DNA from: Lama glama
Taxonomy: Eukaryota
Length of the DNA: 64,000 bases
Direction: 5' to 3'
Assembly: GCA_028534125.1 (NCBI GenBank)
Contig: CM052832.1
Location: 18,788,001-18,852,000 of the forward strand
Of this stretch, positions 25,467-39,545 are shown one piece after another. The notes under the pieces were generated by a model. The model made no database searches and was not told the DNA's origin. It saw nothing but the letters and a program-made list of their open reading frames with translations. The number at the start of each line of letters is the position of its first letter. Position 1 is the stretch's first letter. A program made the translations under genes and the position numbers.

Positions 25467-25924
25467 TCTACCTTGACCCTCTAATACCACAACCATCCTC
25501 ATCATTTGTGCTCGAGTGTCAAGATGGTGAGGCATCAGCACAGAAATCTCTGAAAATGCTAATAAGCTCAAAACAGAGCTGAAGGGGAAAAATACTCATC
25601 CCTGCACTTCCAAAATAATAACGTGATCCAATCTTCTTTCTTTAAAGTTACAATTTTAGAAAATGAAAAAGAAGCATAAGAACTCTAATTCTGAATACAA
25701 GGGAAGGAAAAGGAGAGCAGTATATGTAAAAGAACAGAATGTGAATCCCCAGAACCCAGAGAAAGGTCAAGGCCAGAGAGAGGGAAGCCAAGGCTGAGAA
25801 TCAGGCACACCTGGACCCCCTCCGTGGCTCACTCGCCATGCAGCCTTGAATATTCCACTCTACCTTCCCTACAGTGTTAGACTGTTGCAAAGATTGAAGC
25901 AGTGGATTAAAAGGGACCAGCATG

Positions 25925-26290
25925 TAAAAGGGCCAATCTCCAAAGGTTACTACTGTGTGATTCCATTTATAGAGCAGGCTTGAAATGACACAATTATAGA
26001 GAAGAACAGATTAGTGGTTGTCAGGGGTGGAGGGGAGAGGAGAGAGACAGTTGGCTATGATTATAAAGAGTACCATAAGGGATCCTTACAATGAAGCTGT
26101 TCTGTATCTTGTTTGCAGTGGTCACATGAATTGTCATAAGTACACACACAAGAGTACATGTAAACCCTTTGAATTCTTAACAAGATTCATGACTGTATCA
26201 ATGTTAATTTCATGACTGTGAAACTAACATTGTTTTGCAACATGTTATCACTGAAGAAAATGGATGAAAGGTGTACATGAATCTAGTTAC
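25925..26290 (+). mobile_element. L1MC-like 3' end
   Basis: ccaatctccaaaggttactactgtgtgattccatttata...gaacagattagtggttgtcagggg...tgtatcaatgttaattt. Confidence 0.8.
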
Positions 26291-26710
26291 GTCACATAAG
26301 GGTTTTTAAAAAACTCATCACCTTAAAAGAAAATGCCTGGCACATTATGAACACTCCCTAAGTGGTATATTGGGCAAGTTATCTGTCACCTATAAACCAG
26401 AACTGCAAATTCCTACTTCTTGCTTTGGGGTCTAGACGAAATACTGACCACTGTCCCTGGGTGAGCACATTACGTGAGGGTTCATGCAATGGAAGTTATC
26501 ACCACCATCATCTTTGGACCCCAGTTCTTCAAACCAATATCCAAGTGAAATACACACACCTTGAATATAACCAATGGAGAAACTTACTGACAGGAAGCTA
26601 TTTACCACACTATTTAATGAATATTTATTCTGTCTCTGAATAGCAAACACATACACACTAATACAAAAGAGGCCTCTAAAAAGGGAGAGAAAAAAATACT
26701 TTCATGGTCT

Positions 26711-26950
26711 ACAGCAGCATTTTCCAAAGTGTTCTCCAAGGAGCACTAGTTCCCTGAGATGCTCCAAAATAATACTAATAATAATACAAATTTTTAAATC
26801 CATGGTCAAGTAAATTTGGGAAATACTACATATACTGTCCCACTCTGGGAGCTCCAAGGGAAGAAAAATCCCTACCAGCTTCACTTAACCCATCTTTCTC
26901 CAAATTCACAAAATTATTTTATTATACCTACTGGAATCCTGAGAAATACT
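26711..26950. mobile_element. hAT-Charlie-type DNA transposon remnant
   Basis: cagcattttccaaagtgttctccaaggagcactagttcc and aaatttgggaaatact resemble Charlie/MER termini; subfamily uncertain. Confidence 0.5.
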
Positions 26951-29900
26951 CCCAAGGTCTAGAATTTTAAGTCATTCTACATTGGTCAGCTTCTCACTAC
27001 CCAATTCCTTCGTCCATTATGTAATTTAGAAGAGAAATGGATGGTTTCTCTACAGCTAGTGAAGTAGTTATAACTGTCTGCAACTGGCCATCAATAAACG
27101 TTTGTTGAATTCGATTCAATGCAAGTACAATTCCAGGGTGACAACTCTAGGCATAGGAGAAGTAACTTTTCCAGGTTTAAGTCTCTCACTTAGTTAAGAA
27201 AACAAAAGTACTCCTTTCTGGAAGTTCCTGAAAGTTTCTCTGAAACTTGTCTCCTCCTGAGCGGCAGCCACTGACAGCCCAAACAGCAGCTCACAATATG
27301 ATGTGATTCTGAGGAATAAGCCCATAACTAAAAAGATCTGGACTCAAAACTATAGGTCCTGAAATTATATCAGCTGGATGTAGGGCCTTTCATGCCATAA
27401 ATAAGGGAGAAGCACTAACTGCAATTATTCCCGGGAGAGGGACCAAGTTAAATTTGTCATTTCACAAGGGTGACTTCAGCTTAAATGAATTTCAAATGTC
27501 AAAGAGTTTGCTGAGATCAGGCTTGGATGAGAGCAGGAAAAAGGTGAAGATCTCAAATCCTAGGGAGCAGCAGAGGAAGAAAGAGAAAAAGGGAGGCAGA
27601 AGGTATCAAAAACAGGCTTCATTTAATTCACAGGTCCATCAAGGCCAGAGACACTGCTTTACAATTACACATTTCCATTTATACAAATAACTCACACTTC
27701 AACTTGCAGAACTGTCAACCAACTGGAAAATTGAAAGAAATTAATCAGAATCATTTTAAGAAAATGAAATTCATCGGAACAATGAGTAAGAAACAAATAT
27801 GAGGGCGTTTTAAAAAATGCACAAAGTATTTGAGGAACACACACTTCAAAATTAGCTCAATGACACACATGACTCCTACATAAAGATCTGGAAAAGAAGA
27901 ATGTATCATAAACTCCTAACATACTGAAAAATGGTCTCAACCTCCAAAGGATAATAAAGGGAACTCACTGAGCATTCCACTCCAAGGCACACTCATGCGT
28001 TTTAGGAGTATTTCCAACATGTCTGAAAACAAAATGGATTTCAGATAAAGCCTCAATTTAACCAGGAGAGCCATGCTTCCCAAAGACTCCAGGTCTCCAA
28101 GGCTGCTGTGTAGAACTGAGCAATGGTTTAGACATTCCATGACAGCGAATAATCCCCAAATCACAGGAACATTGCTGTCAGGCACATCCATTTCTCACAT
28201 GAATAAGGCCAGGTCTAATCATAACACTTCCAATGAACTAAGATGGCAATTGACAGACGTCAATTTGACCCTCCACTCTGCTTTCTCAGTGGTCCTCCCC
28301 TGCGGCTCACAGGACCACATCTTTCCTCTTGGCAATAATCATTTGAGCAGCTTTTTCGTGGCTGTCTCAGCCTTCTCCTCTTCTTGGCCCAGAAAATATG
28401 ATGGCCCAAAAAAAAAAAAAGTTAAGTATTTTGGTTAAAAAATATTTCCCGGTAATTGAGCTGAAATTGACACAACAAAAAAGTGTTTACGGTGTAGCAG
28501 AGATTCCAGTGAGCATCCAGAACTCAAGGCCCCAGCAAACTAAACAAATGGAAGATAAGAAACAGAAAATGTCTAGTTCTGCCTGCGGAATCACTGAAAG
28601 CCCCTAATGGTCAATGAAAGTGGTCTTACAAAGGAGCTCAGGTATCTTTTCTATTCTCACTCCTTGCTGCAAGATGGTCTTTTCCTTCTATCAGATGGAG
28701 AAATTCTTCTTTCCCTCCTTCCTTCCGTCCCCCGACTCATGAACACAGGAAATAGTGACTTTCCTAAACTCCTTTTAACAATGATGTAAGGAGGGAAAGT
28801 CGAGGTACTCTCTCCCTAATCCAGTGTTCTAGTAATAGGATTTTAAATGCCGTGCAGTTTTTAAAATAACATTAAGTGGGAAGACAATCAACAATGACTA
28901 TTGTGGCGCCCTGCTCTCCCCACCCCTCAGAGAGGCCGACTGATGTCTCACCTGGAGGCCCCCATTTGGACACTGATGCAACTGCAAATGACAGGCCCTG
29001 CCTAAGTGCAGCAACACTGCTCCGTCCTGTTCATCCTTTAACATGTCTAAGTTCATTTAGGTCAATAAAGTGAGGTTGGAGAACAAGTCAAACTTTTTTC
29101 ATTAAAAAAAGAAAAAGTGCTTTTGTTTTTGCAGAAGACTCAATCTTTCAGTCAGACTTGGCCAAACCTTCCACTGACATAGTGGGAAATGATTGGGCCA
29201 AATACCCCCAAGGGAAAAGCCAGACTCAAAGCTTCAGAAATGCGAAGAAAGACCTCCAGGTGGGCTTCCTGGCTCCCCAACTGTGCACCTCAGAGCCCGC
29301 ATAGGAAATGAGTCCCATTTTGGTTTCTCTGCGGCCATAGCCAAGGAAGGCAATTCCAGCATCGGGGGAAAAAATCAGTATGCACAAGAGCTCGAAGCCT
29401 GCCAGGTCATCAGAGCGCCTCCTCTCCGATGCCAAGCACAAACCCACGTGCCTGAAATGCTGGGCTGAGCCAAGAGGCTGTGTGCCTGCCTCCAGGTCTC
29501 ACTCTGCTGAGTATCCTCATGTTTATCTTTGAGCACTGGGCCCACTTAATGGCTGATGCTTCTGCCTTCCTGGGTCCAGTAGCAAAGATCTGCCAGGAGG
29601 TACTCACGGCCAGGTGGAAAGCGTCTCAGTGAGCTAAGGGATGCCAGCAAGCAAAGGAGTGTGTGTGCCTGAGAAAGCAGCCTGCCCTGGCGTGCAATTG
29701 TCAAACACCAGCTCACTGACACTGGAAGCACGTGAAAGGCTTCTAGCAGCAGGACTGAATGGTGTCAGCACAAATCAGTGAGTCCAAGTCCTTCCGGCTT
29801 CCCTTTCTGCCAGTATGGGAGAGTCTTAGCCCCTGTGGCTTTCATAGACCTCTGCCCAGCAGGAGACAGCCTTCCCTCTACAGCACCCAAGCAGCCTGTG

Positions 29901-32379
29901 ACCACAGTGGCCAATGCCCACCATGGCAGACAAGGACAGACCATGACCCTGATGATAAACGCACACCCAGCAGAGAACAAATCAAACAGAGCATGATCTT
30001 GCATGCACATTTGGCTTCCAAAACTGGGTGAAACGATCAGTATTCTTGGCCACAGTGACCATATCATAAAACTGCCATCCTAAGAGATTTCCAAGCACAA
30101 TGCCAGGTCACATGAACTGCATGGGACTAACACATGATTGCTGTTCAAATCTTTGGATCCTCCTTGTGTCATATTTCTTAAATTGCTTATAGACTAAGTT
30201 CCGTTGTTTGGCAGTGCATTTCCTGGCATTATTTCTCAGAAATGCATGGCACACATTGCCACTGTTTGCTGGAGGACCAGCCTTAAACAATTTATGGATT
30301 CTCAGATAAGCAGCTAGAGACTAGTGATATCTACTTCAGAGATACATCACTTTCTTATAATGATGACTCTGTATGACGTTTGAAGCTTATAGACTGGCTC
30401 TGCATGCCCCAACTTTACACAGCCTACAATATGTTTTACAAATATTGTAATGCTATACAGGTAACGTGTGATTTGATTAATTTTCTAACTTTTACTTCCT
30501 TTTATCTCCAGCATTTACTCTAACCCTCAGAAAATAGAAAAACCCTGTATATTGTTTATCACGTTAAAGCAATACCTCTCCTACCTTCATATTCCCTCTT
30601 TGCTTCTACTGTCTATCTAATCTAACCAGAAGTAAAAGTATAAGACAATTACAACGCTTTACCCAGAAATGAAATCCATCTTTTATTTCATGGAAGAAAA
30701 ATGACAACCAATATGCCACTGTCTGTTGATGTTTTCAAGGCAACAGCCAAGATACAACATAAGTTGAGCTCATAATTTAGTTTAGAAATGGCTGGTCCAT
30801 GCACTGAACTGGCTAAGTTTTATTTTAAACCAGTATTAATTTTTTTTTACCAAAACGTTTTTTGTTGTTTTTTTTTTAAGTGCCTGTAAGGCACTGTTGG
30901 TATAAGTTGGTCTAAGTTTGGGGGTTAAAAGCTTACAACGAGCTCAATTTAACTAAAAAGATTTATCCTGCCCTGGCATAAGTCATAAAGCGTGTGATTT
31001 CAAACTCTGCGATGATCACACCAAGAAATTTAAAGCATTCATAACATTCCACCAAAAACAATGTGCCCACCATCAGCCCATCCCTGGGGAGTAAAGTTGA
31101 AATTCTTGTGCCTTCATTTCATTTATCGCCTACTTGTGAGAAAGGCATTTCAACTTAAGAAAACTACTTAGAGCTTCTTGTTTGATTAACCACATAATTA
31201 CAGATTGTTTACCCTGAACTGAGAAACCTACCCAGGGTAGACAGTAAATGACAGCTTCTCAAGGCTTATTAAACATTAAATAATTAGAATAATAAACCAT
31301 GAACACCTATGTGCTTTCACACTGTTGTGAGTTTTGTGACACACATTTGTGACCCTGAAATTGCAAGTACTTTCTCAATTGTAAAAGAGAAACAGAAACT
31401 GCCAACAACCATCCCAGGCAGGAAATCCCAGTTACCCAATTTAATTTCGTTTATTCTAGAGGTGAGTCCTCCTGGGGAAAATTCATCTAGTAAGTGACTT
31501 TCCTCAACCCTGGCAGGCCGCTACAAAAATAATACAAGATCTTCTGTAAGTCTCAGAACAGAGCCTCCATCCCACCCTGGTAAATACTCCCACTAGAAGA
31601 GCCATTCTAAAGTCAGGCACAAACCCACCCGCAAAGGCAAGAGATGGAAGAAAAGGCTGCAGTTAAAAGGTCCTGGGAGAGGATTCAGTTTTTCCCACCA
31701 TCGTTTATGAAAGCCTGCACAAAAAACATCCTTCTAAAAGGTCAGCTGGACAGACCTGGGTGCCTGCCTGGTAAACACAACTTAATGGCTAATTCGTGAA
31801 TTTAAGAAATCACAGAAGAGTCTAGAAGCAAGAAGCCCAATTAACTCAAAATTAAACAGCACCCAACACCTGTGATTCAGGCCCCGCAAGACAAGGGCAT
31901 GGCTGCCAGGGGGCATTAAGAACTAGGGGAGCTACCATATGGGATATCTGAGAGGGAGACGTGCCAGGAAAAACCACCCTGTACATCTTTCCAGGCTGGG
32001 ACCTCGTGCTCAACTCAGAAAATATTTTTCAGCTGAGTTATTTGGTGAAATTCATACCCTATCAACTGAGAACACTTGCTGGCCCAAACATTCCTTCTCT
32101 TTAAATCAGTTCTCTGGTTTTCCAAACTCCACCTCTACTTAGGTTCCCAGCGAATACACTTGTAAAGACCAAGTCAAGACAGCTTGGGCAAAATCACTGA
32201 ATGTCTGGCCCAGCAATCTCACAGGGAGGAAAGTCTGGCCAGAGGAGCTGCTTTCCTGTCCTATCAGCCTCCATCGGAGCATTCTGTAGACAGGAGACGA
32301 GCAGCGGAGCAAAAAGTAAACGAACAAATATACATTAGACATGTTTCACCCTACACCACCATGAAGGATATTCGGCAGA

Positions 32380-32512
32380 TGTGATGAAAAAGCTCTCAAG
32401 ATCTGTCACACAACAATGTGAATACACTTAACACTCCTGAACTGTGCACCTCAAAATTATTAGGATGGTAAATTTTAATGTTTTGTACCATCATTTCTAA
32501 AAAAAAAGTTTT
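32380..32512 (+). mobile_element. Very short L1 (L1MB-like) 3' end
   Basis: acaacaatgtgaatacacttaacactcctgaactgtgcac...ggtaaatttta; 16-bp TSD aaggatattcggcaga (32364-32379) / aaagatattcagcaga (32513-32528). Confidence 0.85.
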
Positions 32513-32759
32513 AAAGATATTCAGCAGAAGGAGCATCCCACAATGCACATCTTTAGAGTGTTAACTTTCATCTCCATGTTTATTACCTCTTGGTTACGAG
32601 ATGGATGCCCAATCTCTACACTCAGGCCAATGCTGAAGGCAGAAGCTGAAAACAGGAAGGGGAAGCTCATGGCTCAGAAAAACAACTGTCACAAAAAGCA
32701 CTAGTGGACTTTCACTCATGTTAAGTTGGCCAGAATGTATCATGTGGCTGTCTCTGAAC

Positions 32760-32975
32760 CAGGGTTTCTCAGCCTTAGCCCTACTGACATTTTGGGCCAG
32801 ATTAACACTTTGTTGTGGAGGACCAGCCTGTGCATTACAGGAGGTTTACCAGCAGCCCTGACCTCTACCCACACAGGCCACTAGTACCTCAACCCCAGTT
32901 GTGATGATCAAAAATGTCTCTAAACACTGCCAAATGTCCCCTGGAGGGCAGAATCAGCCCTGATTGAGATTCTTG
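32760..32975 (-). mobile_element. MER20 hAT-Charlie MITE
   Basis: cagggtttctcagcct...ctactgacattttgggccag...ccccagttgtga...aaaaatgtctct...tgccaaatgtcccctggagggcagaatc is the reverse complement of recalled MER20. Confidence 0.9.
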
Positions 32976-33434
32976 GGCTAACCACAACTCCACCCACAGA
33001 CTTAGATGAAAAGGATGGTGAACAGGATAGACAGCCAACCAACAGAGTCTGCCCCAAGTGCCCTATACTTATTTCTTAAGTATTACTTCTAATGAGCTCA
33101 CTCATTACCATGTGAAGAATGTCGGAAAACTGAAGAGAAACATGAGAAGTGCCCCCCCACCTTACAAGTACTGACAAAAAAATTCGAAAAAAAATCAAGA
33201 TTAATGCACAAGAAACAATCAGGAAAAATAAAATAATACATTGTAAAGAGCTTAAACTGTGGAGACAGGCAAGGCATCCTTCAGTTGGTTCAGATCAAGA
33301 AGGATAAGAGCACTTACGAGTACAGCCTGGAGTCCTGAATGAAAATGTCACTTCAGAGCAAAACTTGCATTTGAAGACTCCAAATATTTAGACAAGAGGC
33401 CAGAGAGAAGGGAAACAACCCAAGCAGAAGTCAC

Positions 33435-33670
33435 AGGGTGAGCCTGGCTAAGAGCTCACGTGCAGGAGCTCACCTTCCACAGGCCTGGGTCCTGATGGAT
33501 TCAAGCCTGAGAACGGGCAAGTTATTTAGCCTGTCTGCACCTCAGTTTCATTATCTGTGTAATGGGGATAATATCTCTATCTCCTGGGGTTGTTGAGAGG
33601 ATCAAATGAGAACAAATCAATCATAAGAGTATTTGGCCTATAATAAGCAATCAGTTGTGAGTTTCTATTG
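33435..33670 (+). mobile_element. MIR
   Basis: gggcaagttatttagcctgtctgcacctcagtttcattatctgtgtaatggggataat...gggttgttgagaggatcaaatgaga. Confidence 0.85.
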
Positions 33671-35380
33671 TTATTGCAGAGCCATAATGTGATACATTAA
33701 TTAAGAGAATAAGAATTCAGGAGAGGCCACCTATCAGGAATCAGAGGACTCCTGTTGGAGAGTGGCTGTGACATCCTCCGCAAGACAACCAGAACCTAGA
33801 ATTGGTGGATAAAGTCAGGCTCCTGATGGCCATGAGATACTGGGTGAGATCCAGGCAGGACAGTAGGGGGACCACCACGAAAGCACCATCCATACCTACT
33901 AGGCGGTGGTGGCAGAAGGGTTGCCTGGAATCTGCAGGTGATTTCAAGTAAACTTCATGGCCAGGGGCCATGGCCAAGTTAATAATAAGACTTTTATGCT
34001 ATAAAGGACATGTAGCTTCCAAAGCATTTCTACATGTATTAGCTGAGAGATTTGCATGTAACAAGCCCGTCCATAGCTACTGGAGAGCTATTCTCACAAG
34101 GAGTTCCAGTTATCATTTGAAAAGTTATTGCCAAGCAAAGCCAATCTGTGGAAAGAAGTGAGAGATACAAGACTTGCCTTCTAGTTGTAGCACAAGAGAC
34201 ACAGATCTGAGCTCAAGAAGGATTACTATCTTTACCTGATTTCAGCGAAAACAGATAAGCTTTTTCAAAAATTCCAATTGATGCATTTTTATCTGTGAGC
34301 AGGCTACCAATGGGCCTTAGGAGTCCCAAACTCCTAGCTTCTGGGTCCTGATTCTTTTAGGATCAAAGGAGAAGGGATTAAAAAAAAATACAGAAAAACT
34401 ACCAATTCTTCCTGGTACCCTATTTTTCCATTTGAAGCTTCTCTAGCAGGTGACACCTACAGTTGCTCGCGAGGGTCATACACAATCATCTTCCACCAAG
34501 TTTATTAAGTTCCATATGGCACATAGGAATAGTTTGAAGATGTGAAAAACTTAGCCTTACTTTAAAAAAAAAAAAACAAAATCACCAAGTACCCCTGTGT
34601 GCACATGGCAACCACAGAGGGAGAGGACCAGATGAGGACCAGGGTCCCAGTGCATGGTTTTGGTTCTCCGCATATCCTTATCTGTCCAGTTCCTCTAATC
34701 TGGGATCTTTTTTAAGGTAACACATAGATCACTTTATGTTGTACCCATGACATAAGCCTCCAGCTTCAGTAAAAATTTAAGGAATCCAGTGCTTTCTACA
34801 AGAGTATCTGTCATTCAGTCCACTGCTGGGTTTCAATATATCTTGAGCATCAACAACAGAAAAAAATGGATCTACTTATAATAAAAACCTTTGCTGTGAA
34901 AGTGAATAGGGAAAAAAATCCATTTTTTTAAGAAAGGTTTTCCAGTGGATCCATGATCACATTGCATCAACAAAAAGGTGCCTTTTTCTGATCTGTGGGG
35001 GCAGCCTTACTCCTAGTACACGGAAGTGAAAAAAATGAGTTTTTTTTTCATACTACCAGGAATGATCATTAAAACAAAAATAAATATCATCTGCTGTACT
35101 AACACTCAGTATCACACCAGGCATTTTTCCTAATTTTCACACAACAGGGTAGATCACCGTTGTCTCTTTACAGGGCCAACTAAATAAACAAGAGACCAAC
35201 TTGGTACCCGACTAAATGCACCAAATACTCTACAGTGAGCAGTAAAGTACAAACCAAGAGTTATGAAAATGATTCACCGTTCCCAGTCTGTCCACATTTG
35301 TTCTTTGAACTTGACTTTACCACGGCCTGGAAAACACACTGCACACCCTTTCTCACCATCCAATACAGTGGATGCAAGAG

Positions 35381-35695
35381 CTGCTCTGTCCTATAGAAAC
35401 ATAACTTGAGTTGTGTCTGTGAGTTTAAATTGTCTTGTGGCCACATTTTTTAATGTTAAAAAAAAGAGAGAGATGAAATTAACATTTTATTTAACTGAAG
35501 TATCCAAAATTGTACCGTTTTAACATGTAATCAATATAAAAACGATTACTGAGACATTTTAAATTCTTTCTTTCGTAGTAAGTCTCGGAAATCTGGTGTG
35601 TATTTCACACTCACAGCACAACTCAATTCAGACTAGCACAAGCCAAGGGCTCGGGAGCTCCTTAGAAACTCGCAGCTGCCACGGGGGCCACATAG
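35381..35695 (-). mobile_element. MER33 hAT-Charlie MITE
   Basis: ttaacatgtaatcaatataaaaa...aaatctggtgtgtatttcacactcacagcacaactcaattcagactagc is the reverse complement of recalled MER33. Confidence 0.85.
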
Positions 35696-37109
35696 ATTTC
35701 ACAGGTACACAGAGTTACACACACATGCAAATCTGCTTTAATAATTAGTCCTGTGTTTCCATAATGACCTGAGAAGAGAACGCTCTCATCTTGTTTCTGT
35801 ATGTATACGCACCTGGGATGAGATTACAGGGATGCCCACCGACACTGCCTGAAATCCCACCACTGCAGCGTCCACTTAGTCCTTTACGTATAGTGCTTTG
35901 AGCTCTTCTAGCAAAAGTGTCCCTGAACAGAACACTCTACACCGATATGTAGCATTAACCTTAGGTCACATAAAAGGAACTGACAGCATGTCCAGGAGGA
36001 GGGGACAGGGCACAGAAGACAAAAACAAGACAGCCGACTTTCAGCACACCTGGGCTCTGATCCGACCGCAGCCCTTGTCCCAAATTCCCTTTCTCCTCAA
36101 CAACTTGGAGAAGTCACTGAAATAATTCCTTGGCAAGAATAACTTAATGTCGAGAAACACAAAAGTAAACGACTAGGGCTTCCCTGGTTTCCAATCTCAT
36201 AACCTAAGGCCAATGCTGCAAATGCACACGGTTGCCCACAGGGTCCCACAAATGGAATGCAGGGGCCAGGTGACCCTGTCCAGGCTGGGAGGCCAGGCCA
36301 GCTGGGAAGGCAGCCCCAGTGTTGCCTGGTCACTTGCCTTCTCAGGAGATGTCACAAATCTGGATTTTCAGGTTCACTCCCTGATTTTTAACTAGGAGCA
36401 ACTCGTACATTTCAGATAGCCGTGTACAGCTAAACAGTTAGTGACTGCAAACCAGATGTTGTCTCGAGGAACTCATTTGCAAGCTCTCGTATTTGTGGGA
36501 CACAAGGAAAGATGCAGGCAGATGAGGAGGGGCTAGAATCTGGGGAGCATTTATTCTACGCCCGCTTCGCGCCATCATCTTTGCCACCCTCCCGAGGCAC
36601 CAACACCACACCTTGCAAGCTCTGAGGCCAAGAGGAGCACGTGCAGAAAGAGCGAAGGCAGGCTCTGCACAAACCTCGTTTCCTGGGCATCTTCACCTAC
36701 AAAATGGGGGGCTGGGTGAGCCCAGGGAAGCATTCAGAGGGGCACCACCTGAAGTGAACTGGAAACACTTGACCACAGAAGGGACGGCCACCTCTTGGGG
36801 CCACACCATCTTCCCAGTCAACAAACAGACCATGAGCAGCAGGAGTTACCAATTTCTTAAAGAGAAGCCAAAAATATAGATTTTTCTGGAAAACCTCCTC
36901 ATCATTAAATGTTGGCAATAAATTCAAGTCACATTCCAACATCATGGGAGCCAGATTCAGGTCCTAGGACCCCTCCTTGGCAGCCCCTTGATCAGAACAT
37001 CTCCAAAGTCCCATGTAGCTCCTTAAACCTGTAATTCTCACAACGTCACTACAGCCTTAACTTGACCCATTTTCTCCATCCATGGAAGCTTTGAAAGAGG
37101 TACTACTGA

Positions 37110-37377
37110 TGGCAGGAGACTAGGAGAAAAACGGCTAAATGAAACATAGTGTCCTGGATTGGATCCTGGAATTAAAGGACATTATAGTGGGGAAAATGGT
37201 AGAAACACAAATAAAGTCTACAGTTTAGTACATCATATTGCACCAATGTTAATTTCTTGGCCTTGATCAACTTACTATAGTTAAATAAGCTGTTAATGTT
37301 AAGAAAACCTGGATAAGGGGCACATACGAACTCTGAACTGCCCTGACTACTCTTCCATAAATCTAATTTTTTTTAAA
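37110..37377 (+). mobile_element. L1MC/ME-like 3' end
   Basis: tcctggattggatcctggaa...ataaagtctacagtttag...attgcaccaatgttaatttcttg...taaatctaa. Confidence 0.8.
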
Positions 37378-39124
37378 CTCACAGAACTATACTCCACCCA
37401 ATGTGTTAATTTTATAGGCTATTAATTTCTAAAATGAAGCATTCTTTATAACTTGCTAGTAAGCAGGAACATGAATTGCCTTGAATCTTCACCCTGTTAG
37501 ACTGAGAGAGACCAGAATGTACCAGAACAGGCTGTGTCCTTTGCTGTCTTGGGAACGGGCAGTAACCAGTGGGGCGTGCGATCAGTGAACTTCTCCTCAG
37601 ACAGCAAATGGCTGACTTTAGGTAATTATGATTACTCTGCCTTGAATTGAGAAAGTTGCCAAATACTCAATAGCTTCTTGGTCTTAGAATACAAATTAAC
37701 TTACAACTGGAGGACTGGAGACATGATTACCCCAACGAGGGAGGCAGAACTGAAGTAAGAAATGCAAAAGCTCTGGCACGGAAAATGCAAACGGCACAAC
37801 AAAAGGCACTGATCAATGCCTCTTGGAAATGAGATTATTAACATAAATAACGTCCAGTCTGTTCAAACCACCCAGCATCTGAAACAGTCTGTCAGGTTAC
37901 AACACCCTTACCTCATCACATTTCCAGCCAGCCCCTTTCCGTCTTTTCTGCTTTATAATAAGGCGGGATACGTGTACATAAATAAGCCGACCTACTGCCA
38001 AATGCGTATCGAGAGCTGTACCATGTTCGCTGACGTGAACCAACAGGAAAAGCTGTAGGAACTCTTTTCTCATTTGCCTTCTGTTGGCCATTCCTATTAT
38101 TATGGTCATAAATCGAGGTGACATATACAGTAAATATACTTAATAGAAAACATGAAATCAAATAATTTGTTTTATTAGTGCTTTGTGGCAAACAGATTTA
38201 CAATAACTTTAAGCCAAAAGAGTGCCCAGAGCAAGAAAGAGTCATTCTTGTTTAACAAACATTTATGAGGCTCTACCAGAAAGCAGCCTATGTTTCCAGC
38301 CTTGGGATTCAGCAGTGAGCAGCACAGAGACCTCTGGTCTTGGGGAACTTCTATTCTAGCAGGAGGGCGAAGAGACTACGCGTGAGATAAATAAATAAAA
38401 TAGAAACTCTGTTCGATTATGCTAAATGCTAGGGAATACAAACATAGAGAAAGGGGACAGGAACGTTAAGAGAGGTAGTCAGGGAACCCTCACTGGACAA
38501 GTGACCTTCGAGGAAAGATTCATGGGACATGAGGGAACCTTGCCACATGGACACACAGCGGGAAAGGAAAGGGAATTCCAGCAAATGCAAAAGCTCTGAG
38601 GTGGAAGCAGTCCTTGATGCTTCCAAGAAACAGCCAGGACGGATGAGGCAGAGAGAGGACTTGGGGGTGGGTGAGAGGTGAGGTCGGAGAGTCATGGCAG
38701 GCGAGACCACACCGTAGTTCAAAAGCCCAAGCTTTTGAATAAAAGCTTTTCCTCTGAATGAAATGGAAAGGGGAATGACGTGATCTGAGTATGTCTAATA
38801 ACAGACTGGAAGGGACCCGACAAGAAGCAGAGAGGCCAGTGAGAAGGACATTCCATTCATCCAGATGAGAAGTGAAGATGGCCTGGTCCAGCGTGATAGC
38901 AGCCGGGTGATAAGAAATGGATTCTGACTGTATTTTGAAGGTGGATTTGCCGATGGAGTGCGAGAGAAAGATAATTCAAGAATGACTCCAAATGTTTTGT
39001 CCTCAGTAAATGGAAGAATGGAATGTTGTTCACAGAGATACAAAGATGGGCAGGGCATGGGGGTTGGGGAGCAGATAGGAGGTAAGAGGAGAACCAGGAT
39101 TTCCTTTTTGGACATGTTAAGTTG

Positions 39125-39545
39125 TTTGTTTTTCTTGTTGTTCTAATTTAAGCAGTTGATTTTTCCTTCCAGTATTCCTGTATTTATAAATCAAAGAACG
39201 AACTGACAGGATGTAGCCTCAAGATCCATTCAGAAAAGGCATTATCAGCTCCAAGTTCCACAACTGATTTGCCTTTTCCAAAGCCCATCCCCACACCCTA
39301 CACCCCTCTTTGACCCTCCCTCCAAAACCATGAACGCTTCTCAGCAACATTAACTTTCACAAGACTGAAGCAATTATCAAGGCAATTTTGCCCCCCAGCC
39401 TGCCATTTTCCCCCTCCCTTTGCCTCTGGAAGACCCATCTTGCCTACACATCCTTGGGCAATCCCCCCAGAAGCAATTTCCCAGAAGGGGTCCCCGAGAC
39501 ACGATCACCTGGTGAAACAGACACACGGACCCTGGAGGGGATCCA
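39125..39545 (-). other. Retroposed sequence of unknown origin (retrocopy or orphan transduction) with TSD
   Basis: Perfect 16-bp direct repeat tggacatgttaagttg at 39109-39124 and 39546-39561; decayed poly-T at the left end; L2 resumes in register afterwards. Confidence 0.75.

Noticed and set aside
29611..29671. Minus-strand AG...GTGAGT exon-like segment
   Set aside because: Short pyrimidine tract, weak exonic donor bases, about 61 nt long and an unrecognised peptide.
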